Below are positions 54,201 to 64,000 of a DNA stretch of 64,000 bases, in pieces; within the stretch, counting starts at the first letter, position 1, and every line of letters starts with the position of its first letter. The position numbers and the translations under genes were made by a program. Below the pieces are notes generated by a model. It was not told the origin of the DNA, did not search any database, and saw nothing but the letters and a program-made list of their open reading frames with translations. The DNA is from Phaeosaccion multiseriatum (Eukaryota; Protista; Ochrophyta, other classes): assembly GCA_965112735.1 (NCBI GenBank), contig OZ218961.1, positions 620,001 through 684,000 of the forward strand, written 5' to 3'.

Positions 54201-54310
54201 CCACGTCCTCCACCCCTGTCTCCGTCTTTTGCGGCCCCGTCCTCTTCTCCTGGTGGCGCTACCTGTGGGGGTGGTGGTGGTTCATTCTCAACAGCCCCAA
54301 AGTGTTGCAT
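51221..54310 (-). CDS. Bifunctional EGLN/PhyA-type prolyl 4-hydroxylase fused to Skp1 hydroxyproline GlcNAc-transferase (Gnt1, GT60); single coding exon
   Basis: P4H part: RGDFILW, YYPGGGSGYVRHLD, RKLTVLCYLN..W...GGCLRL, VEPKGGRIVMFRS..EHEVLP..RMALTTW. Gnt1 part: TIFVSIAAYLD, GPCWARH, YFLQIDSHMRF..GWD, KPVLTCYP, FFGEEISMAARLYTHG, YHLW, GLGQERSL. First in-frame ATG at 54310. Confidence 0.92.
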   Translation of the reverse strand: MQHFGAVENEPPPPPQVAPPGEEDGAAKDGDRGGGRGGRGGRGGGGEGGGGPLPFLPHLSPDHAFSLSDAAWEAGGPGAIVIDGLLPADAISAAKEATETCHAQGKLRAAGMGKGLTAWADDKHRGDFILWAGKGTGVLPMAVEAIRQGLLSGLLGEHAGAETSTREGWEQEQQAQQQHQEEEEEEEEEEEEEEEETEGEGSAASGAASPVGDTAVAVQRLREELRLTEVTSSQLAYYPGGGSGYVRHLDASPPSVSGGAVSPSREGPAHTAAAAASSSSSSSSSLALAALAIVMGGGGGEGTLLGRAAAGDDDRASHVGGTEDRKTRTQLVRKLTVLCYLNSDWQPSDGGCLRLHLRGGVSGDGGSGGGRVWDVEPKGGRIVMFRSEFVEHEVLPAFRPRMALTTWFYGAPVAVSGGRSGGGGGGGGGGSNCSSGSGIGVAHPLRKPSQKQQEGECQQAEAMVSRAACLSGDGGSSGGRNGSIASSSSTCSGVGDTAAVVDPHNDTRAKVRPLRVPKSQHHDEEQSKQRTIFVSIAAYLDSETLPTIIDMFHRAQYPNRLVVGLVWQGEGDPLEPKMAADGNSGIAAAAGAEAGLGSEEGREGERLPAKYRKQIRLLRMSAREAAGPCWARHVAQSLWAGEDYFLQIDSHMRFRPGWDTYLIATLEVCPSDKPVLTCYPSGYELPHRIPCGETRTTLLCPTGFGGGGGGGGEGGGDGMLRQRGRLLKKVWKVPIRSPLWASGFSFSTSAMLLQVGYDPQLRHVFFGEEISMAARLYTHGFDTFSPPQAVLYHLWTRSHRPSFRQHKDEEKERAKALGLARIRLMLGMEGDQTAAVGDTGAAVATAAAAAAAGGGGGAGRERAEADEADEGGGGGGGGGGGGGGGGGGGGGGGGGGGGGRGGGDVLSTRSTPLEPFGLGQERSLEQFAKHVGVSSFAAQMLLPSAGDGGLEPSDFNDSISEGMGTLQHTLQELGLGQVIMPSAGVAVVDGGDGDAAVGGRGGAAAAAAAGGGGGGGGEGVAVGGGGGAA

Positions 54311-54871
54311 TCGCCTCCCCAAGATGTCTGTATCATGGACTGAGGACGAGCGACAGTAGTAACAAGGAAACAAGGGGGGAGGGGGGAAGGTTTAGGCGCA
54401 CGAATGCCAATAAAGGGGGGCAAAACTCCTCCCACAGCGCACAACGCCTTGATACAACAAAATCAAAGGCACATCGAGATCTTGTTCTCTTTGTCGTGCT
54501 CTTCTGGCAGTAGGCACGTACCCGCTGCAGCAGAAGAATGGGAGCGTACTCCTTCTCCTCCTTTTCTGTACTTCTAAACCACTGCACTGCTGGATGGCGC
54601 TCGTTGATTGTCCCGTTCTTCCCTCTCTCGGGAGTGTTTGTTGTTTAGGGGGGGGGGGGGGGATTTAAAAGAGAGGCTGGATTCGGTGGGGAAAATGGAT
54701 GCCAATAAGGAGAAGGAGAACAGGAGAAAAGCGAGGAGGACCAACAGTGACAAGGGAGAGGAAATGAGGAAAATGGAAAGGCATTTGTGAACTCTGATCT
54801 CTGATCTCTCTCATTTCTTTTTCTTTCGGTGAGACATTACTTTTAGACAATTTCTGCCAACTTAGCGCCCC

Positions 54872-55942
54872 TCAGTCCTGGCAGTTGCAGGGATGCCCAT
54901 TGGCGTGCACCCACTGCTTGATCTCCTCAAAGGTTTTGGCGTCGACGTCCCATTCGTCTTCGCCGCTCAATTCTTGATACACTCTGTCCCTGATGAGCTG
55001 TGGGCACGACTGTTCGTCCCACTCACACTGCACTTCCTCCGATCTGAGCCATTTCAGCACAGCAAGGCTCTTACCGTGCATGACTGCCCACAGACAGACC
55101 TTCTCATCCCAATCACAGAGGTGGCGAGCATTGGCGTGGAGGAACTGCAGCACCTCGAGGCGGCCCTCTACAGCTCTACGGCCCTCTACAGCTGCATTAC
55201 AAGCCCCCCAGCGCCACTCGTCATAATCATTCTCTTCCAGCAAGGCTCTCGTGGGAGGATGCTCGAGAAGCCATTCCATGACAGGGATATGCCCACCCCA
55301 ACATGCTTCCGCCCAACACCGCTCACCAAATGGTACATGACCCTCCGATAGCAACCACTAGAGCATCTCCAAGTGCCCTTCCGCAGCTGCCTCGCCACTC
55401 ACGGAGGAGCCGTCACCGTACCCTGGGCACTGCTCCTTGTCGGGAAGGTCCTCCGAGCGCAGCCACTTCAGTACGCTCAGGCCATGCTTTCTGTTCTGCG
55501 CTGTTGCGTGAATCACTCTTTCACCCCAGGGACAGTCCTTGCCATGGAGGGCCTTGCATACCTCGACATCACCGTACCGAGCAGCGGCCTTGAAGAGCTT
55601 GGCGCTTAGCTCGAGGCCCTGCTGACTTGTCGCCCAGTTCAAGCACTCCACGGAGCTGACCACAGATGAGTATGCTGTCTTCACTGCTGGATACAAAGCG
55701 CTGTAGCTGGCCTTCCACTGCTTCCTCACACCTGCCACGAAGCAGTAGTGCCCCTTTCCCACGTGCTCCAAGACAACGTTGAGAAGCTCGAGCTGCGCCA
55801 AGACCTCATGGCACGCTTCAAAGAGCAGCCCATTGTCTACTTGGTCGAAAACCCCCTCAGTCGCTGCTGCTACTGGAGACCGTCTCATCCGCCTTCTTTG
55901 TGTAGACTCACGCGCCCCGCCACTCGCAAGTCCCGACGCCAT
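54872..55942 (-). pseudogene. F-box-like/ankyrin-like family copy 4, interrupted by an in-frame TAG
   Basis: TAG at 55358-55360 where the paralogues have AAG (EML-K-WL). It also carries an 18-bp internal duplication (AVEGRR-AVEGRL). Confidence 0.8.
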
Positions 55943-56760
55943 TCTTCTCCGCTGCAACCTCGAGTCCACTGGGCTTTGAAATGACACCTTGGAGAATGGG
56001 ACAGATGGGAGTAGCTACCATGTACGATGAATACTCGTTCTTGCTGCCCCGATACAGCACTCTGTTGGGAACCGATGAGCTTCTGCGGAAGGGGACAGCA
56101 GCAGCCACAGCAGGAGGAGCAGACACGCGAGAGCGGAGTGGTGAAAAGTCGGATGAGTGGGCATGGAGGGGAGTTTATGAGAAGGGAAACACTACTGGAA
56201 AGCACTCGGGTTGGGGAGCGGGACTATCTCCATGGGTCAAAGCCACCGTCCGACAGGAGGCACGCACCCGCTGTAGGAGAAGGATAGAGCCGCTTCTTTC
56301 TTCTCCTTCTCTGCTGTTTTTTGTTTTTTTGGCCTGTCTTTTCCAGGCCAGACCCTCCCACTCCATCTGTGACTCCGGATGAGGACGACGGGAACTTTGT
56401 TTTCTGCGCCGAAAGGGATAGAACCTAGACCCTCAGACTCATTGGTAACTGTAAATAATCTTGCAGAATTACTGTGTCGGTAGGCATCTCAAAGGGCTAC
56501 ACGAAGAGCTATACAGTAGCGCTTCTCCCAGCGTCATTTTCCTGAGCTCGTCCAGAAATTTATTGGTTCATAGTATAAACTTCGTGGTAAAATAAGGGCC
56601 TTTCGTGGGGGGGTTCAGCTCCTCGAGGCAAGACAGCCAACGGCCGTCCATGCAGCTGTCCCCGTACTGTACGTACTGGCCGTCGCTCCATAGCACTCAG
56701 AAAGACAAGCCAAAGCACTGTCTGCCCCATTTCTTCTTCTCTCTGCCAACTTAGCGCCCC

Positions 56761-57786
56761 TCAGTCCTGGCAGTTGCAGGGATGCCCATTGGCGTGCACC
56801 CACTGCTTAATCTCTTCAAACGTTTTGGCGTCGATGTCCCATTCGTCTTCTTCGCCGCGGAACAATGCTGGATACACTCTGTCCCTGATGACCTGTGGAC
56901 ACGACTCTTCGTCCCACGCACACTGCACTTCCTCCGATCGGAGCCATTTCAGCATAGCAAGACTCTTGCCGAACATGACTGCATGCCAACAGACCTTCTC
57001 ATTCCAATCACAGAGGTGGCGAGCATTGGCGTGGAGGAACCACAGCACCTCGAGGCGGCCCTCTACAGCTGCATGGCAAGCCCCATCGCGCCACTCGCCG
57101 TCTTCATTTTCTTCCAGGAAGGCTCTCGTGGGAGGATGCTCGAGAAGCCATTCCACGACAGGGATATACCCACCCCAACATGCTTCCGCCCAACACTGCT
57201 CATCAAATGGTACATGTACATGACCCTCCGATAGCAACCACTTGAGCATCTCCAAGTGCCCTGTTCTTGCCGCCTCGCCACTCACGGAGGAGCCGTTACC
57301 GTACCATGGGCACTGCTCCTTGTCGGGAAGGTCCTCCAAGCGCAGCCACTTCAGTACGCTCAGGCCATGCTCTCTGTTCTGCGCTGTTGCGTGAATCACT
57401 CCTCCACCCCAGGGACAGTCCTTGCCATGGAGGGCCTTGCATACCTCGACATCACCGTACCGAGCAGCGGCCTGGAAGAGCACCACACTTAGCTCGAGGC
57501 CCTGCTGACTTGTCGCCCAGTTCAAGCACTCCACAGAGCTGACCACAGATGAGTATGCTGTCTTCACTGCTGGATACAAAGCGGTGTAGCTGGCCTTCCA
57601 CTGCCTCCTCACACCTGCCACGAAGCAGAAGTGCCCCTTTCCCACGTGCTCCAAAACGACGTTGAGAAGCTCGAGCTGTGCCAAGACCTCATGGCAAGCT
57701 TCAAAGAGCAGCCCATTGTCTACTTGGTCAGAAGCAGGAGCACTGGAACTACCATCAGTCGCTGCTGCTACTCGAGACCGTCTCAT
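56761..57786 (-). CDS. F-box-like/ankyrin-like repeat protein, family copy 5
   Basis: Intact ORF; first in-frame ATG at 57786. Confidence 0.85.
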   Translation of the reverse strand: MRRSRVAAATDGSSSAPASDQVDNGLLFEACHEVLAQLELLNVVLEHVGKGHFCFVAGVRRQWKASYTALYPAVKTAYSSVVSSVECLNWATSQQGLELSVVLFQAAARYGDVEVCKALHGKDCPWGGGVIHATAQNREHGLSVLKWLRLEDLPDKEQCPWYGNGSSVSGEAARTGHLEMLKWLLSEGHVHVPFDEQCWAEACWGGYIPVVEWLLEHPPTRAFLEENEDGEWRDGACHAAVEGRLEVLWFLHANARHLCDWNEKVCWHAVMFGKSLAMLKWLRSEEVQCAWDEESCPQVIRDRVYPALFRGEEDEWDIDAKTFEEIKQWVHANGHPCNCQD

Positions 57787-58859
57787 CCGCCTTCTTTGTG
57801 TAGACTCACGCGCCCCGCCACTCGCAAGTCCCGACGCCCTTCTTCTCCGCTGCAACCTCGAGTCCAGTGGGCTTTGAAATGACAAGCCTGAGAATGGGAC
57901 AGATGGGAGTTACTGCCCTTGTACGATGAATACTCGTTCTTGCTGCCCCGATACAGCACTCTGTTAGGAACCGATGAGCTTCTGCGGAAGGGGACAGCAG
58001 CAGCCACAGTAGGAGGAGTAGACACGCGAAAGCGGAGTGGTGAAAAGTCGGATGAGTGGGCATGGAGGGGAGTTTATGAGAAGGGAAACACTACTGGAAA
58101 GCACTCGGGTTGGGGAGCGGGACTATCTCCATGGGTCAAAGCCACCGTCCGACAGGAGGCACGCACCCGCTGTAGGAGAAGGATAGAGCCGCTTCTTTCT
58201 TCTCCTTCTCTGCTGTTTTTTTGCCTGTCTTTTTCCCACGGGCCAGACCCTCCCACTCCATCTGTGACTCCGGATGAGGAGGACGGGAACTTTGTTTTCT
58301 GCGATTTTTGATTTTTCTTTTCTTGATGGCACTTAAGGGTCTCCAACTCTCCTTTACATACTCTCCTTCATGAGACAGTTTTGGCTACGCGTCCCAGGTA
58401 ATAATAAGGAGTGCAACAAGACCCTCAGACTCATTGGTAACAGTAGTGGCACTGCACTACAACTGTACATTACCACCCCATTTTCTTCTCTTAACACTCG
58501 ATTTGCGAAAGAATCGCCCAAATCGTCCGTTTTGTCGCGCGGGACAAGGGGGAGTGCTTTTGCAGAATTACTGTGTCGGTAGGCATCTCAAAGGGCTACA
58601 CGAAGAGCTATACAGTAGCGCTTCTCCCAGCGTCATTTTCCTGAGCTCGTCCAGAAATTTATTGGTTCATAGTATAAACTTCGTGGTAAAATAAGGGCCT
58701 TTCGTGGGGGGGTTCAGCTCCTCGAGGCAAGACAGCCAACGGCCGTCCATACAGCTGTCCCCGTACTGTACGTACTGGCCGTCGCCCCATAGCACTCAGA
58801 AAGACAAGCCAAAGCACTGTCTGCCCCATTTCTTCTTCTCTCTGCCAACTTAGCGCCCC

Positions 58860-59894
58860 TCAGTCCTGGCAGTTGCAGGGATGCCCATTGGCGTGCACCC
58901 ACTGCTTAATCTCCTCAAAGGTTTTGGCGTCGACGTCCCATTCATCTTCGCCGCTCAATTCTGGATACACTCTGTCCCTGATGACCTGTGGGCACGACTG
59001 TTCGTCCCACTCACACTGCACTTCCTCCGATCTGAGCCATTTCAGCACAGCAAGGCTCTTACCGTGCATGACTGCCCACAGACAGACATTCTCATCCCAA
59101 TCACAGAGGTGGCGAGCATTGGCGTGGAGGAACTGCAGCACCTCGAGGCGGCCCTCTACAGCTGCATTACAAGCCCCCCAGCGCCACTCGTCATAATCAT
59201 TCTCTTCCAGCAAGGCTCTCGTGGGAGGATGCTCGAGAAGCCATTCCATGACAGGGATATGCCCACCCCAACATGCTTCCGCCCAACACCGCTCACCAAA
59301 TGGTACATGACCCTCCGATAGCAACCACTTGAGCATCTCCAAGTGCCCTTCCGCAGCTGCCTCGCCACTCACGGAGGAGCCGTTACCGTCCCATGGGCAC
59401 AGCTCCTTGTCCCATGGGCACTGCTCCTTGTCGGGAAGGTCCTCCGAGCGCAGCCACTTCAGTACGCTCAGGCCATGCTTGCTGTTACGCGCTGTAACGT
59501 GAATCACTCTTTCACCCCAGGGACAGTCCTTGCCATGGAGGGCCTTGCATACCTCGACATCACCGTACCGAGCAGCGGCCTTGAAGAGCTTGACACTCAG
59601 CTCGAGGCCCTGCTGACTTGTCGCCCAGTTCACGCACTCCAATGAGCTGACCACAGACGAGAACGCTGTCTCCACTGCTGGATACAAAGCGGTGTAGCTG
59701 GCCTTCCACTCCTTGCTCACACCGGCCACGAAGCAGAAGTGCCCCTTTCCCAAGCGCTCCAAGATGGCACGAAGCAGCTCGAGATTCTCCAGGGCCTCAT
59801 GGCAAGCTTCAAAGAGCAGCCCATTGTCTACTTGGTCAGAAGCAGGAGCACTGGAACTACCATCAGTCGCTGCTGCTACTGGAGACCGTCTCAT
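58860..59894 (-). CDS. F-box-like/ankyrin-like repeat protein, family copy 6
   Basis: Intact ORF; first in-frame ATG at 59894; 18-bp duplication giving CPWDKELCPWD. Confidence 0.85.
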   Translation of the reverse strand: MRRSPVAAATDGSSSAPASDQVDNGLLFEACHEALENLELLRAILERLGKGHFCFVAGVSKEWKASYTALYPAVETAFSSVVSSLECVNWATSQQGLELSVKLFKAAARYGDVEVCKALHGKDCPWGERVIHVTARNSKHGLSVLKWLRSEDLPDKEQCPWDKELCPWDGNGSSVSGEAAAEGHLEMLKWLLSEGHVPFGERCWAEACWGGHIPVMEWLLEHPPTRALLEENDYDEWRWGACNAAVEGRLEVLQFLHANARHLCDWDENVCLWAVMHGKSLAVLKWLRSEEVQCEWDEQSCPQVIRDRVYPELSGEDEWDVDAKTFEEIKQWVHANGHPCNCQD

Positions 59895-60406
59895 CCGCCT
59901 TCTTTGTGTAGACTCACGCGCCCCGCCACTCGCAAGTCCCGACGCCCTTCTTCTCCGCTGCAACCTCGAGTCCCGTGGGCTTTGGATGGGGGGACAGATG
60001 GAGTAGCTACCATGTACGATGAATACTCGTTTCTTGCTGCCCCGATACAGCACTCTGCTAGGAACCGATGAGCTTCTGCGGAAGGGCACAGCAGCAGCCA
60101 CAGTAGGAGGACTAGACACGCGAAAGCGGAGTGGTGAAAAGTCGGATGAGTGGGCGTGGAGGGGAGGCGAGATACTGGAAAGCAGGAAGCGATTGGGGGG
60201 GGGGGGGCGATACTTCAGGTCAAAGTCACCCGAGAGCAGAGGTACGCACCCGCTGTGATAGGACTCCTGGACGTGTGTTTGTAAATACGATCGTATTTAT
60301 CCCAATCAGAGAGAGAGAAAGAGAATGACAGGTGACAGATGTGAATTGGTGTGGATGAGGAGGCCACTGATTGCGATTAGGGAAGAGCCTCTTAGTACAA
60401 CCATAG

Positions 60407-61042
60407 ATGGCACTTGTGGTATGCTGGGTACTGGGTATCCCGATGGTATTGGGGTGGATCCACAGAGGAGCCGCGTTCAGCACAGCTGCAGCAGGAACAG
60501 CAGCAGGACAAGTAGGAATTGCAGCACGTGTGACGCGCAACCCCTCTTGGGCGTTGTCCGGACATAACAACGGCGATGGCGGAGGAGGAGAAGTTGCTAC
60601 CGCCTTATTTGGTACCAGGAGGCTATTTGTTGGAGCTGCGGCGACCGGAGCCTTGGCCTTGGATGTCGCGTTTCTGGCCTGTGCCAACAGAGACGACCAA
60701 GCCATTCGAGAGAGAAAGGAGAGGCTCTTCGAGGCCCTCGTAGGATCTAGGTGAGGGGATCTGGACACCACTCATTCACGACTTAGAGAGAGAGACACCA
60801 CTGAGCCACGGTTGAGGTTGGAGAGGGCGGGGTGAGCATCTTGCATTCATTGTGACGGCTTCCTTCCCCCCTCCTCTCCCCCCTCTTCGTCGCTCACTCA
60901 GCTCTATCCTAGAGGTGGGCATCGGTGGCCAACCGCTGACAGGGGCCATCTCCACCAACTTTGCCTTCTACCCTCCCGGCTCGAGGGTCACCGGGCTGGA
61001 CCCGTCACTTCTAGTCCCGGACCACCAACAACAGCAGCAAAA

Positions 61043-61073
<31 letters not shown>

Positions 61074-62799
61074 TCAACTAGTATAGAAGGGAGGCCCACG
61101 CAGCAGACCATGCTGCCTTTGGCCGGTGTCCTGACCAGCACTCAAACCAACACCCGCCCGAGCGAGCTCTTGAAGGCAGCAGAGGCCCAGGCTGGAGAGA
61201 AGGGGTTGCTCTTCACAGGGGTGGGAGGGGTTCTCGAGGCACTGCCTTTCCCAGATGCCTCCTTCGACGGTAAGATCTGCTCCCTTCCTTCCTTCCTTCC
61301 TTCCTTCCTTGCTTGCTTGCTTGCTTGTTTGCTTGCTCCCTGGAGGGCGTGAGATGTGTGTAATGTGAGTGAACTGGAAGAGAAGGGGGCCGTCAGTCAA
61401 GGAAGGGCGGTGGTGGGCCTTTGGGCCGTCTGGATGGGGGGGGGGCAGCAGGAGCAAGAAAAGTTGCCGACTTTGGTCCGCCACTATCGGCGCCGGAACA
61501 CTACGCTTCGCAGGAAGGTTCCGTGTCAGAAGTAGCCACTGTGAGCCCCTCCTTCACCTCCTCCTTCTCCTCAGCCCCCCCATTCACTCCTTCTAACAGT
61601 CTCTCCTTCCCTCCCCCCCCCCCCACCTCCCTCCCTCCTTCAGCGGTGGTGTGCACTCTGACGCTGTGCACCGTGCAAGACCAAGACAAGGCCCTCTCAG
61701 AGGTACGCCATGTATTCAGCTTCATTGACTTCTCTAGCCCTTATCAACATGTCGTACCCGTCAAGATAATCGACCGATCGCTTCGGTGGATCACTCATAT
61801 TCATCTTTGGCTATTAAGCTATTGCATGCGGCTGGGGCTGTACACGCACACGCACACGCACACACACGCATGCTCTGTATATCTCTCTCTCTTTCACACA
61901 CACACGTGCACACGCACACGCTCACGCTCACACGCACATACACACTCCCTGTGGTTTCTTTCCCTTCCTCCATCCACTGCCATCTTCCACTGCCCATATG
62001 CCTCCTCCCACAGGTGGCACGTGTGCTCCGGTCTGGGGGAAAGTTCGTCTTTATGGAGCACATCGCTGCGGCGCCCCCGAGGGAGGAGGAACCCCGGGGG
62101 GAGGGAAGTAGCAGTGACGCCCCGGGAGAGGGCAGGAGCACAAGTTGGTGGCAGCAGCGCTTCGGTCTGTACTCTCAGCAGCAGCTGCTTGAGCCTCTGC
62201 AGGAGACACTGGCAGGGGGGTGCCATCTTACGCGGCGCACGGATAAGGTAATGGGGTTTCGGGGGGAGGGAGGGAGGGGGGGATGGGGGGAGGGAGGGAG
62301 GGGGGGAGGGAGGGAGGGAGGGAGGCAGGGAGGGATGGAGGAAGGAAGGGAGGGAGGAAGGAAGGGAGGGAGGGAGGAAGGAAGGGAGGGAGGGAGGGAA
62401 GGAGGGAGGGACGGAGGTAGGGAGGAAGGGAGGGAGGGAGGGAGGGAGGGAGGAATGTAGGGATGGGAGGAGAGGGGTGGGGAGACCAGGGAGGGAGAGA
62501 CCATGAGGGTGTGCATGTGTGTCATTTGAGTGTGTGTGTTTCCCACGACACCTCTTGGCAGAACATCTTGACATGAGTGAAATGGTCTCAACCCCCACCC
62601 CGGCTACCTACCTCCCTCCCTTCCCCCCCTGCCCCCCCCCCCCTCCTACCCCACCCCTTCTCCCCAGGCCATCATAGACCGCTGTAAGGAGGAGGGGCCT
62701 TCTCCTCGCCTGTTCTCAAGGTTGCAGACACTCGAGTACTTCTCCGTTGGGTCGCGCTGGCCGGCTTCCCGCCAAATCTCCGGAGTGGCCATCAAATGA
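60407..62799 (+). CDS. Class I SAM-dependent methyltransferase (type 11/METTL7-like); exons 60407-60750, 60902-61269, 61644-61702, 62014-62247, 62668-62799
   Basis: ILEVGIG (motif I), VTGLDP, EALPFPDASFDAVVCTLTLCTV.D..KALSEVARVLRSGGKFVFMEH, GGCHLTRRT. Confidence 0.9.
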
Positions 62800-63235
62800 G
62801 GCGGATCTTTCCATCCACGACCTTTCCACGAACGTTCCACCACCGTTGTTGTACGACCGTTCTTCCCGCCAAAGAATCTTCTCGGATGTGGAACAAGAAG
62901 GTGCAAATGTTCCATCTCTGCTCTTCTCCCCTTTGACCCTCGGTGGATGGATGGTGGGGGGTGGATGGTAGTGGATGGATGGGAGGGAGCGTATCGGTAT
63001 CGATGCATCATCGACTCTGTTGTGTGTTGTTCTCTCCTCTGGTTGGGCTCTCTCTCTCTCTCTCTCACCATGCTGTGGCAGGAAAGAGAGGAAGCCTGAA
63101 GCCTTGAGACGGGGAAAGGAAAGGGAAGGAAGTACACTACTCTCCTCTGGCCTCTTGTTCCCCCCGAGTTGTTTCAAAGAGAGTTTTCTCTCCCTTCTCT
63201 CTCTGAAAGAGGAGGAGAGAGTTGAAAGGAATCTC

Positions 63236-63355
63236 GAACCGAAACGTCCAATGTCGAGGAGCACCGAACCGAAACGTCCAATGTCGAGGAGCACCGAACC
63301 GAAACGTCCAATGTCGAGGAGCACCGAACCGAAACGTCCAATATCGAGGGGCACC
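63236..63355. repeat. 30-bp tandem repeat x4 (GAACCGAAACGTCCAATGTCGAGGAGCACC)
   Basis: Three identical copies and one variant. Confidence 0.93.
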
Positions 63356-63542
63356 CAACGGCAGCATTTGCCTGCTTGCTGGCGATGTGCTGGCGACTGT
63401 TTTTGCGACTTGTTGGAGCAGGCCGTCGGAAATGAATCACCAACCTTCAGATGGTCGAGCAGGGATGGGGGGAGGGAAGGGAGCCGGCCTGCACAGCAGC
63501 GCTGGTCTATCTCGAGCATTCACGTCCAGCGTTGCCAGCCGT

Positions 63543-63707
63543 CCAGTCAGTCGGTGAGTCTGTCAGGCAGGCACGTGGTCAGTCAGTCTGTCAGGCAGGT
63601 AGGCAGTCAGTCAGTCAGTCAGGCAGGCAGGCAGTAAGTCAGTCAGTCAGTCAGTCAGGCAGTCAGGCAGTCAGCCAGGCAGTCAGCCAGGCAGTCAGTC
63701 AGTCAGT
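63543..63707. repeat. Degenerate (CAGT/CAGG)n tract
   Basis: Direct sequence. Confidence 0.85.
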
Positions 63708-64000
63708 TCGAGAACCAGTGGTCCGGGCACAAAACTGAAACTGAACCTGGAGCTGCAGAGAGGAGGATAATAGGCAAAGAGCGATTTCGCCCCAGGGGGG
63801 GGGAGGGCTGTGCTGCTGCTGTGGTGGTGCTGCGCTGCTGCTGCTGCCGCCGACGACACTTGCGGCACACTTGTGGCTGGCCCCATTGCAGGACGGCTCA
63901 ATAGATGGGAGTGAGTGAGGAGCCCCCTTGTTCTCAATGGGAAAGACGAGAGAGGGAAGCTCACTGTGTACAATTTAGTACTTTTGTTATACAGAGAAGC

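Larger units (their letters stand above)
54853..60260 (-). repeat. Tandem segmental triplication (units about 1.9-2.1 kb), each unit holding one ankyrin-family gene and its flanks
   Basis: Near-identical non-coding blocks recur (56461-56760 vs 58560-58859; 56020-56400 vs 57920-58300), and CTGCCAACTTAGCGCCCCTCAGTCCTGG marks all three 3' ends. Confidence 0.93.

Noticed and set aside
31944-60260. Endogenous giant virus or autonomous transposon
   Set aside because: No capsid, polymerase, packaging ATPase, integrase, transposase or reverse transcriptase is seen, and the virus-like genes alternate with intron-rich host genes.
63236-63355. CRISPR-like 30-bp repeats
   Set aside because: Head-to-tail copies with no spacers; an ordinary minisatellite.

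Overview
Eukaryotic nuclear DNA with GT-AG introns packed with simple repeats. By inference it comes from a flagellated alga with a complex plastid (ochrophyte-like): it has a CC2D2A cilia gene and an SQD1 with a signal peptide ending in ...CLA-F. Intron-rich genes are XPB (3' part), a 2OG-Fe(II) oxygenase, CC2D2A/MKS6 (about 18 kb), La/SSB, an Old Yellow Enzyme, SQD1/sqdB, an uncharacterised beta-strand-rich protein and a SAM methyltransferase. Between them lie genes with intron-free CDSs: a soluble NIT (nitrate/nitrite-sensing) domain fused to a TKL kinase, six paralogues of an F-box-like/ankyrin-like family (three in a mosaic tandem array, one carrying a nonsense mutation), an FNIP-repeat protein, and a prolyl-4-hydroxylase/Skp1 GlcNAc-transferase (PhyA-Gnt1) fusion. 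The best candidates for new biology are: (1) the NIT-kinase as a one-component nitrate sensor; (2) the PhyA-Gnt1 fusion next to, and sharing a 5' leader/donor with, the F-box-like ankyrin array; (3) an oriented intron motif grammar, with CCATCCACTGCCAT or CTGTCCTGACAC before acceptors and their reverse complements after donors. All exon calls and alignments were made by eye and no database searches were run.
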